Positions 29,854 to 37,982 of a stretch of DNA of 64,000 nucleotides are shown piece by piece (the stretch's first letter is position 1; each line of letters starts with the position of its first letter). The stretch lies in NCBI GenBank assembly GCA_021373015.1, contig JAJFTJ010000007.1:43135-107134 (forward strand), given 5' to 3'. Source of the DNA: Nitrospiraceae bacterium. Its GTDB lineage: Bacteria; Nitrospirota; Thermodesulfovibrionia; Thermodesulfovibrionales; UBA1546. A model generated the notes under the pieces. It was not told the origin of the DNA. It worked only from the letters and a program-made list of their open reading frames with translations, and made no database searches. The translations under genes and the position numbers were made by a program.

Positions 29854-30552
29854 TCAGTCCTTTAAATAAAATTGCAGCTTGATATTCCCGCTCTCAACTA
29901 TGTCGCCGTCTTTTAACTCATAGCGTCCTTCAACCTTCTGGCCATTGATCTTAATTTTCCTCTCGCTTTCAGAAGGAGCTATAAAATATCCTGTTTTTGT
30001 TTTATTAACCAGAGCTGCAATTTTAGGGGCAAAAAACCCTTTTAATCTTATGCCTGCAGTTTCGTCTTTTCCTATTACAGTCAGCCTGTCTTTCAGCTCA
30101 TATTCGGTTTTATCAGCAGAGCCTTCGATCACAGAAAAACAACCGAGTTTTTCCCCTATCTCTTTTCCTGTTTTTTCGTCTGTCTTGTGTTTTGATATGT
30201 CAATTACCATTGTTGCATCAAGCGACGGTTTTTTAGTTATCACTGTTTTGTCCTCATCTTTTGACTCAGGACAACTGAATACAAGCGTGTGCTTGCCTAT
30301 AGTGATAACATCATTATTCTTAAGAAGAACCTTGTCTATTTTATTGCTATTGACAAATGTTCCGTTAGTGCTGTTTTGGTCCTCAATGAAAATCTCGCCT
30401 GATTCTTTTATCAGCTTTGCGTGAAAATTTGAAACAATAGGATTATCGATATAAATGTCGTTATTAGGATTTCTGCCGATAGTGGTAATTTCCTTATCAA
30501 TAGGCATTTCTTTCATAACTGCTTCTTTAAACTTGACTGTAATCTTAGCCAT
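29854..30552 (-). CDS. FHA-domain protein (two FHA-like modules)
   Basis: Module 1: TTIGRNPNNDIYIDNPIVSNFHAKL...STNGTFVN. There is also a more degenerate C-terminal module (LTVIGKDETAGIRL...INGQKV). Confidence 0.85.
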   Translation of the reverse strand: MAKITVKFKEAVMKEMPIDKEITTIGRNPNNDIYIDNPIVSNFHAKLIKESGEIFIEDQNSTNGTFVNSNKIDKVLLKNNDVITIGKHTLVFSCPESKDEDKTVITKKPSLDATMVIDISKHKTDEKTGKEIGEKLGCFSVIEGSADKTEYELKDRLTVIGKDETAGIRLKGFFAPKIAALVNKTKTGYFIAPSESERKIKINGQKVEGRYELKDGDIVESGNIKLQFYLKD

Positions 30553-31381
30553 ATTTAACCATCCTATTTATGAAATTTTTTAAAATATCAGAAAACCGGC
30601 TGCCGCTTATATAAACAATCACAACAGATATATTATCCTTACCGCCATTTTTATTTGCAATATCAATAAGCCTTCTGCATGCAAGATCAGGATTCGAAGA
30701 CAATCTGACTGTTGAAAGAATTATATTGTCAGGGACCATTGCAGTCAATCCGTCGGTGCAGAGAAGTATGCTGTCATTGTTCATGAGAGTTATCTCAGCA
30801 ATGTCCATATCAACAGAAGCAGCCCTTCCCAGAGATCTGGTTATGATATTTTTAAAATTAGATTCGCCTGCGTCTTTTTCAGTTATTAATCCCTTTTTCA
30901 GCTGTTCTGATATCAAGGAATGGTCGTCAGTCAACTGTTCGATATTATTCCCGCGTATTAAATATGCCCTGCTGTCTCCAACGTGCGCAATGCTCAATCT
31001 ATTTTCCTTGATAAGTGCAGCGGCGATAGTTGTTCCCATTCCGCGCCATGGATCGTTTTTCTGTGCTGCTTCATAAATAGATGAATTGGCCAGTCTTATT
31101 GCAGATGCAAGTTTGCTTGCTGCCTCAGAATACATATCACTTTTTTCTTCCGTGGACTTTTCGGGGTTGTCTTCTGATTTTGAGATATAGTCCCTTATTA
31201 TGTCTATTGCCATTCTGCTTGCGATCTCGCCTGCGGAAAAACCTCCGATCCCATCAGCAACAGCAAATAGACCTGATTTTTCTTCAACGCAGAAAAAATC
31301 TTCGTTGTTTGCTCTTACAATACCTTTGTCTGTCTGTCCGCTTGCCAGGTATCGCAATTTCAACTCAGATTTTCCATGCAT
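30545..31381 (-). CDS. PP2C-family Ser/Thr protein phosphatase
   Basis: TDKGIVRANNEDFF, VADGIGG, GDSRAYL, LCTDGL and GGKDNISV. Confidence 0.92.
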   Translation of the reverse strand: MHGKSELKLRYLASGQTDKGIVRANNEDFFCVEEKSGLFAVADGIGGFSAGEIASRMAIDIIRDYISKSEDNPEKSTEEKSDMYSEAASKLASAIRLANSSIYEAAQKNDPWRGMGTTIAAALIKENRLSIAHVGDSRAYLIRGNNIEQLTDDHSLISEQLKKGLITEKDAGESNFKNIITRSLGRAASVDMDIAEITLMNNDSILLCTDGLTAMVPDNIILSTVRLSSNPDLACRRLIDIANKNGGKDNISVVIVYISGSRFSDILKNFINRMVKYG

Positions 31382-33846
31382 TTACTGATATCAGATGCAA
31401 TATCTCTTCCTCTTTGATATCTCATATCAACATCTTTTTCGAGCATCATGTTAATGAGAGGAACACAGCAGCCGGGTATATCCTGTGCGAGTTCTCTTAC
31501 TTGCGGATGCTGAGTATTTGCAATATTGAACATTAGAGTTGCAATACTGTCTCCGGTAAAAGGTTTTGCAGATGAGACAAGCTCAAAGAACACGACTCCA
31601 AGAGAGAAAAGGTCAGAGCGTCCGTCGACTTTTTTACCCAAGACCTGCTCAGGAGACATATAACTTGGAGTGCCAAGCACTACACCTGTCTGTGTTTTTG
31701 ATGATGCTATGACCCTTGCTATGCCAAAATCAGTTATCTTTACATCTCCTGTTTTAAGAAGCATGATGTTTGCGGGTTTTATATCTCTGTGTACAATGCC
31801 TTTGCTGTGAGCATAATCAAGCCCTTCTGCTACCGAACCGACGATCTTGAGGATTTCCTTAACAGGCAGTCTGTTATTTTTTGAGGCAAAGCTGGTCAGA
31901 TCTTTTCCTTCCAAAAGTTCCATTGCAACATATGCAACATCATGATCCTCTCCAGCATCATAAATTGTTACTATGTTTGGATGTGAGAGTGTGCCAGCTG
32001 ACTCTGCTTCTCTGAAAAATCTCTTTTTAGCCTCTGCCAGCTCGGCAGGATCTATTTCGTCAAATCGTATTGTCTTTATTGCAACAAGTCTGTTTATCTT
32101 TGGATCTTTGCCCAGAAACACAGTGCCCATTGCTCCGCGACCCAGTTTTTTTTGTATCTCGTATCTGCCTAGAGTTGGTTTTATTGGAGAGTCTTCAACC
32201 AGTATTGTGGCTTCTTTTTTTGAGCTGGTGGTTCCGAATATCATCGTCTCTCCGGCAACCTTCAGTCTTTTGATCCTTTCTTTTATGTCCTTGAAATTAC
32301 CTGTTTTAAGAATGTGTTCATAAACAGCAGCAGCTTTGTTGAACATTCTTTTGCGTTCAAAATCCAGTCCAAGATTGTATAAAAGTTCCCTGACAGATTC
32401 ATCTTCGATAGGACATTTTCTGAATTTTTCGAATGCAAGATCCAGCATACCCTGTCCTTGAAATGACAGCCCCAGCATCTTATTTGTTTCTACGCTGTCA
32501 GCCTCAACGCGCTCCTTGAGTTCTTCTGTCAGCAGATAGCGCTTAGACATAATGATTGTATACCCCAGCGCGAGGAAAACTGTAGGGATAAACATATTCA
32601 GCCATAATCCTTGGGAAGTGAAAAGATAGATTGCAGCGCTGTTCCATGCAATTAACAGCAATAATGAGATTATTGCGCTTACCCCTGCCTTAAGTTTTGG
32701 GATGATGAAAGAAAGAAAAATTCCGAAGAATACGATAATCCCGAACTCTGCAAGATCAGCCCATCCCGGACGAGAAATAAAATTATTATTAAGAAGATTT
32801 TCTATTACATTTGCCTCTATCTCAACAGTCGGCAGTGTATTGTCGACCGGTGTCACGGCAAGAGTTGCAATCCCTGTAGCAGTGTGGCCGACCAAAACAA
32901 TCTTATTTTTAAAAGCATCAGGCGGGACTTTATTATTTATTGCATCCACAAAGGAAAAATAAGGGAATGTGTTGAATTTCCCGTTGTAGCTGATGAGCAT
33001 TCTCTGTTTTTCATCGGTTGGGATGGTGATTTTCCCCAAACTCATGCCATCAAATATTTTTGCATCATGGACATTCAGATCAAGATATTTTATGACTGTC
33101 TGTAATGCAAATGAGGGATAAATCCTTCCTTTATAATTTATGAAAAGAGCTTCCCTCCTTATGGTTCCATCTCTGTCAGCAAGAAGGTTAATATGTCCAA
33201 GAGCGAGTGCGCCTGATACATATTCCTGTATTGGCGCAGATACTTCAGCTGCATTTATATACAATAAGTTTTGTGTTGTTTCAGAAGAATTTTTTTTAAG
33301 ATACTCCGGTACATCAGAGTCAGTACCGCCGCTCTGTTCTCCAATCGTAAAGAAGAGTGGGAGGATGACTTTTTTTGAAGATGCGATCGAGGCAGACAGT
33401 ATCGCATCATTATTAAGGCGTCTCTCTGCGTCAGACAGGGAATTGTAGAAGCGCATTAACTGCTGATTTTTCTGGAATCTGGGAATGCTCTCTATTTCTT
33501 CTCTTAATGCCTTTATCTCGATCAGCCCGGAATTCCTGTCAGGCTCAGTGTAAAGAACATTTACTCCGATCACCTTTGCGCCATATTCAGTGAGCATGTC
33601 GATCATTCCTGCCATGTAAGCCCTTGGCCATGGCCAGCGTCCTATGCTTGCTATGCTTGTTTCATCTATAGCAACTATCACAACAGGCGCGGATGCTTTT
33701 TTCTGGCGAAATATTGACCGTAAATCATATGTTGTATATTCAAGTGTCTGCAATGGATGCCATTCATTAGAAAAGGCAAAGAGTATGAGTATGGTGAGTA
33801 AAATTCCGATCAGCCAGTCAGGAAATATATTTTTTATACGGTTCAT
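31360..33846 (-). CDS. CHASE2 sensor, TM, TPR-like linker, C-terminal Ser/Thr protein kinase
   Basis: CHASE2 start VVIVAIDETSIASIGRWPWPRAYMAGMI. Three TM helices. Kinase motifs GRGAMGTV, VAIK, HRDIKPANIM, DFGIAR and GTPSYMSPEQ. Confidence 0.9.
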   Translation of the reverse strand: MNRIKNIFPDWLIGILLTILILFAFSNEWHPLQTLEYTTYDLRSIFRQKKASAPVVIVAIDETSIASIGRWPWPRAYMAGMIDMLTEYGAKVIGVNVLYTEPDRNSGLIEIKALREEIESIPRFQKNQQLMRFYNSLSDAERRLNNDAILSASIASSKKVILPLFFTIGEQSGGTDSDVPEYLKKNSSETTQNLLYINAAEVSAPIQEYVSGALALGHINLLADRDGTIRREALFINYKGRIYPSFALQTVIKYLDLNVHDAKIFDGMSLGKITIPTDEKQRMLISYNGKFNTFPYFSFVDAINNKVPPDAFKNKIVLVGHTATGIATLAVTPVDNTLPTVEIEANVIENLLNNNFISRPGWADLAEFGIIVFFGIFLSFIIPKLKAGVSAIISLLLLIAWNSAAIYLFTSQGLWLNMFIPTVFLALGYTIIMSKRYLLTEELKERVEADSVETNKMLGLSFQGQGMLDLAFEKFRKCPIEDESVRELLYNLGLDFERKRMFNKAAAVYEHILKTGNFKDIKERIKRLKVAGETMIFGTTSSKKEATILVEDSPIKPTLGRYEIQKKLGRGAMGTVFLGKDPKINRLVAIKTIRFDEIDPAELAEAKKRFFREAESAGTLSHPNIVTIYDAGEDHDVAYVAMELLEGKDLTSFASKNNRLPVKEILKIVGSVAEGLDYAHSKGIVHRDIKPANIMLLKTGDVKITDFGIARVIASSKTQTGVVLGTPSYMSPEQVLGKKVDGRSDLFSLGVVFFELVSSAKPFTGDSIATLMFNIANTQHPQVRELAQDIPGCCVPLINMMLEKDVDMRYQRGRDIASDISKCMENLS

Positions 33847-33851
33847 GCTAG

Positions 33852-33880
33852 ATTTTATCAGTTACAAAAATCAAATTCAA
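33852..33880 (-). promoter_or_regulatory. Candidate sigma70 promoter of the kinase operon (TTGAAT-N17-TAAAAT)
   Basis: Minus-strand reading: TTGAAT (33880-33875), a 17-nt spacer, TAAAAT (33857-33852), then 5 nt (CTAGC) and the ATG at 33846. No SD is present. Confidence 0.5.
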
Positions 33881-34017
33881 TTAGATAAGCTTGTTAATAT
33901 ATATGAGATATTTTTTGATATGCTCCCAAAAAGTTACAGAATTAATGTCGTTGCGACTCGTGCCTAGAGCTAGTACAACCGCATCTTCTTTGCGATTTTC
34001 AATAACTAGCGATATAA

Positions 34018-34902
34018 CTATTGCTTCAAATCCTCCAGTAGGATATCTGCGCACTGTTTAGCAATTCCCTTATCATATTGAGCATTAATCTCATTGATTA
34101 CAGCATTTTTTATGTTTGTAGATGTTTTTATGTCGCCAGACTCATATTTCTTTTTCAACTCTAAAAGCTTTTTGCTGATTGAATTGTAAATTCCTTGATT
34201 TTTTATAAAACCAAGAATGTAACAACTTTCCCATTCATTGTTTAGATTTACAGGACTTACTACCTTTCTGATTTTGTTCTCAGACAGATTTGTATAGTTA
34301 TAAAAAATTTCAATAGTCTGTGTATTATTTGGAGTGATTATTAGATTTTTATTAAATTCATCAACTGTACAAAGTACATTTGTAAGTTCCGTCTGATCTG
34401 TACCAAAGGAATAGCAAAAATCTAAAATGGCATTCTTATCTGGAACTATAAAAATTTCATACTTGCCGTCTTTAGCTTTATTTAAACCAAATGAGTATCC
34501 AGACGAAATAAATACATTTTCACCACTTACCTTATTTCTACAATATAAAGCATTATTTACAGAATATCCTCCATTAATATCTGAGGGCAAAATAACTTTT
34601 CTCTCAAAATATTCAAAATTTGATGTACATTCTTGATCTGGCTCAGGATAATCAAAAGGCTTATCTCTAAGAAGTGATTTTCTGAAAGTCCCCATCCATA
34701 TTTTTTTAGTTTCATCCCAACCAAGTATTTCTCCGTCTGGAGTTTTAACATAAAATTTAAATGAAGGGTGTGAAAAATCACTACTTCTATAATCATAGAC
34801 CCTAAAACTAAAACCTCTTAGTGTTTCCATTACATTGTTGTCTATGGCAAAACAGTTACTAACCATAATAAATATCACAAAAGATAAAATTATAATTCTC
34901 AT
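34018..34902 (-). CDS. Secreted hypothetical protein (294 aa), no recognisable domain
   Basis: AGGAGGG SD. Signal peptide MRIIILSFVIFIMVSNCFA. Scattered Cys residues and a helical C-terminus. Visibly more AT-rich than the neighbouring genes. Confidence 0.6.
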   Translation of the reverse strand: MRIIILSFVIFIMVSNCFAIDNNVMETLRGFSFRVYDYRSSDFSHPSFKFYVKTPDGEILGWDETKKIWMGTFRKSLLRDKPFDYPEPDQECTSNFEYFERKVILPSDINGGYSVNNALYCRNKVSGENVFISSGYSFGLNKAKDGKYEIFIVPDKNAILDFCYSFGTDQTELTNVLCTVDEFNKNLIITPNNTQTIEIFYNYTNLSENKIRKVVSPVNLNNEWESCYILGFIKNQGIYNSISKKLLELKKKYESGDIKTSTNIKNAVINEINAQYDKGIAKQCADILLEDLKQ

Positions 34903-34914
34903 TTTATATCCCTC

Positions 34915-36183
34915 CTATTTAAATCTTCTGTAACCACATATCTCACTAACTGTTGTTACTCTGTTTGCAGGATCAATAACTTGCAATTCGCTACAGTCAT
35001 CGGAAATACCTTTTAATAAAACAAAGTGACTGCATCTCCCGTCAGAACCTTGGATTTGTAAAATATACTTATAGCCATTTTCAAAATCGTCTCTTAGTTG
35101 CGTGATATTCAAAACTGATTGGAGTGGCTCTGGGAAATCATAGCTAAAATCCTTACGTTTATTATATTTAACTTGTGGGCAATATTTTATTAGCACTTTC
35201 CCCCAATCAACTTCCCCAGATTTAAAACATTCTTGGCAGCTGTTAACTGTATGCAAATCCACATAACAACCTGCCGAATTCATTAACATAGTAAGAGAAG
35301 ACATGGCACACCCTTGCCTGCATATTGTTTTCTTGGTGTTGTCATATTTAATTTCTGTAGTATTAAATTTTGAATCACATTGTCTTATTTGCTCTGGCAT
35401 AATTGGAAGCGTTATTCCGCATCCGCATCCCTCATCCACCTGTCCATTACAATTGTTATCTAAATTGTCTCCACAGATCTCTTCTGTTGGTAAAACCTCG
35501 CCAACACATGTTCCCCATTGACCGCCTGAGCATGTCTGTGTTCCTGCCTGGCATAATCCTACTCCTTTTGTCTCTGAAGCTCCTGAATAGCAGGATTGAG
35601 TTTGGCCGTCTGTGCAGACTGATTGGCATACCCACTCGTAAACTCGAGCAAGTGAACACGTGCAAGTTGTCAATACACCTTGAGTGCATGTTAATCCAGG
35701 CTGAGGTAGAAGAGGTGTTTGACATGGGTTTTTACAAGGTCCGAATACATCACATGTAATATTGTCGCGCACACACAACATATTAAAACCAGCTTGATAC
35801 AAATATTTTCCGATTATAGTGTTCTCAGCACTCCAATTTGGCCATGTGCAGGTTGAATCCCAACAGTCGCTTCTTTTTAACCAAATTCCTGCGTTCGTAA
35901 CTCTCACTTCTTTTGCCGCAATCGCTTCATCAGAACATCCTGCCGTCACAGTTATCCCACCGCAGGAAGACGATGTTGTTGTAAGAATACCGTTTAAATT
36001 TATAGTTGCTCCTATTCCTGTTACACTCCACCATACTGTTCCGTTACAATCTGTTGTATATTGATTGATACTGTTTGTTGTGATTCCTTCAGAGCCAGTT
36101 ATGGTGAGTGCATATGAGTTACTTACAAATAGGGGAAAAATTGTTAGGAATGCAAGGCAAATGAACAGAACAGTCTTTTTCAT
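34915..36183 (-). CDS. Secreted Cys-rich protein: Ig-like (Big_2-type) module, Cys-rich repeat region, C39-like papain-fold peptidase domain
   Basis: GAGGGA SD. Signal peptide MKKTVLFICLAFLTIFPLFVSNSYA. Big_2-like module: VWWSVTGIGATINLNGILT...ITVTAG...VRVT. Cys-rich motif: CQAGTQTCSGGQWGTCVGEVLPTEEICGDNLDNNCNGQVDEGCGC. Putative catalytic residues: Cys in ICRQGCAMSSLTMLMNSAG, His in CSHFVLLKG, Asp in VIDPAN. Confidence 0.6.
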   Translation of the reverse strand: MKKTVLFICLAFLTIFPLFVSNSYALTITGSEGITTNSINQYTTDCNGTVWWSVTGIGATINLNGILTTTSSSCGGITVTAGCSDEAIAAKEVRVTNAGIWLKRSDCWDSTCTWPNWSAENTIIGKYLYQAGFNMLCVRDNITCDVFGPCKNPCQTPLLPQPGLTCTQGVLTTCTCSLARVYEWVCQSVCTDGQTQSCYSGASETKGVGLCQAGTQTCSGGQWGTCVGEVLPTEEICGDNLDNNCNGQVDEGCGCGITLPIMPEQIRQCDSKFNTTEIKYDNTKKTICRQGCAMSSLTMLMNSAGCYVDLHTVNSCQECFKSGEVDWGKVLIKYCPQVKYNKRKDFSYDFPEPLQSVLNITQLRDDFENGYKYILQIQGSDGRCSHFVLLKGISDDCSELQVIDPANRVTTVSEICGYRRFK

Positions 36184-36236
36184 AAGTTTCCCTCGAAAAT
36201 TATTTCCAAAAGTAAAAATTATGAAATTTAATTGGG

Positions 36237-36265
36237 ATTGTATTGCTTGAAAACATCATTGTCAA
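36237..36265 (-). promoter_or_regulatory. Candidate sigma70 promoter of the two-gene island (TTGACA-N17-TACAAT)
   Basis: Minus-strand reading: TTGACA (36265-36260), a 17-nt spacer, TACAAT (36242-36237). It sits about 50 nt upstream of the SD and ATG of the 422-aa gene. Confidence 0.5.
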
Positions 36266-36414
36266 GAAAAAACTCCAGCTTTCGTATCTTTTTCAGAATT
36301 TCTAAATAAACTTTTATGAGTTATTGAAATGAGAAAAACGACGGTTCTATTTATTTTTATTTTCATCTTTTCCCAATTTTTCCTTTAGTTTAATCAGCGC
36401 CTCTCTATTCAATA

Positions 36415-37215
36415 TCACTTTTTCTTGAATTTAGCAAGGGTGATAAAAAACAGCGCTGTCAGCGTAAGAACTATTGCGCCGCCCGGAGAAATATCAAACC
36501 TGTATGAGAGATAAAGGCCTGCTATTGTGGAGAACAGGGCTGTGAGGCATGAAATTATTAACATGGGATAGAATCTTCTTGTCAGCAGCTGCGCTACTGC
36601 GCCGGGAATAACAAGAAGCGCTGATACAAGGATTATCCCGACGACCTTGATAGACATTACGATCGCAACTGCCATTGAAACAAGAAAAATTGATTTAATA
36701 AAGTTTGTCGGTATTCCGCTTACAACTGCAAGCTCTTCGTTAAATGTTATCAGCAGAAGATATTTGATTATCAGCGACAGAATTATCAAGATTACAAAAG
36801 ATGTGATTATTGTGAACCACATTTCGCTTTCGCTTATTGCTAGTATGCTTCCGAAAAGATATCCGAAGAGATCAACGTTGTAGCTTTTTGAGAGACTGAT
36901 AAGAACAATTCCAAGAGCCATTGAGCTTGAGAAGAATATGCCTATTGCCGTATCTTCAGCAACCTTGCCTTTTGAGCTGATCCTTTCTATTGAAAAGGCG
37001 ATTATGACCGAGTATATCATTGCTGTTATCAATGGATTTATTCCTGCAAGAAATCCTATTGCAACTCCGCCGAATGCAGCATGAGAGATTCCTGAACCCA
37101 CGAAAGATACCCTTCTTAAGACTACAAATACAGATATTATGCCTGTAAGAATTGCCACCATAATTCCTGTGATGATTGACCTCTGTATAAATCCGTATGA
37201 CAATATCTCTGTCAT
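36415..37215 (-). CDS. Metal (Zn/Mn) ABC transporter permease
   Basis: Polytopic membrane protein of the ZnuB/MntB type (FGGVAIGFLAGINPL...). The preferred ATG at 37213-37215 overlaps the ATPase stop (ATGA). Confidence 0.85.
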   Translation of the reverse strand: MTEILSYGFIQRSIITGIMVAILTGIISVFVVLRRVSFVGSGISHAAFGGVAIGFLAGINPLITAMIYSVIIAFSIERISSKGKVAEDTAIGIFFSSSMALGIVLISLSKSYNVDLFGYLFGSILAISESEMWFTIITSFVILIILSLIIKYLLLITFNEELAVVSGIPTNFIKSIFLVSMAVAIVMSIKVVGIILVSALLVIPGAVAQLLTRRFYPMLIISCLTALFSTIAGLYLSYRFDISPGGAIVLTLTALFFITLAKFKKK

Positions 37216-37982
37216 TTTTTCAGCCTTTCGCACTTGTCGCATGTCTCAGTGTGCATCAGTATCTCGATATTTTTCCCGTAAAGTTTTTCCAGCATTTTTT
37301 CATTTATCGCACCCAAAGGCGCTCCGTGATAATAAAGTGTTTTATTCAGACATGCGATCTCATCCACATAAGCTGTCACTGATCCTATGTCATGAGAGAC
37401 CATAATAATAGTCAGCCCGAATCTTTTCTGAAGTCCTTTAAGCAGGTGATAAAAATCTTCCTGCCCTACAACATCGATCCCTGTGCTTGGTTCATCGAGT
37501 ATCAGGACTTTCGGGTCATTAATAAGAGCGCGTGCAATAGAAATTCGCTGCTGTTCCCCTCCTGAAAGATCATAAAACTGGCGGTTCTCGTTGCCTGACA
37601 TACCTATGAGTTTTATGTATTCCATTGCCTTGTTTTTTTCCTTTGATGAAGGCCATCTTAATATCCCGAGTTTTCCATACAATCCCATAAGAACAACGTC
37701 CAGTGCGCTTGCAGGGAAATTCATATCAAGATTTATGTGCTGCGGCAAGTAACCGAATATCCCGTCTTTCATGCCTTGTTCCGGGAGTCTGTTAAATATC
37801 CTGATTGTGCCGTTCGAAGGTCTTATAAGACCGAGCATCACTCTGAGCAGAGTTGTTTTCCCGCTCCCATTTGGTCCGACAATTCCGAGAAACTTACCTT
37901 GTTCGAGCGAGAGATTTATATCTTTCAGAATTTCTCTTCTGCCAAGAACTGTGGACAGGTTATTTATTTCTATTGCATTCAT
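37212..37982 (-). CDS. Metal (Zn/Mn) ABC transporter ATPase
   Basis: Walker A GPNGSGKTT, signature LSGGEQQR, Walker B LILDEP. Confidence 0.92.
   Translation of the reverse strand: MNAIEINNLSTVLGRREILKDINLSLEQGKFLGIVGPNGSGKTTLLRVMLGLIRPSNGTIRIFNRLPEQGMKDGIFGYLPQHINLDMNFPASALDVVLMGLYGKLGILRWPSSKEKNKAMEYIKLIGMSGNENRQFYDLSGGEQQRISIARALINDPKVLILDEPSTGIDVVGQEDFYHLLKGLQKRFGLTIIMVSHDIGSVTAYVDEIACLNKTLYYHGAPLGAINEKMLEKLYGKNIEILMHTETCDKCERLKK

Noticed and set aside
37212-37260. Cys/His-containing C-terminal tail of the metal ABC ATPase (HTETCDKCERLKK), considered as a metal-sensing extension.
   Set aside because: It is a short motif and no evidence can be drawn from the sequence alone. It is noted only as a curiosity.
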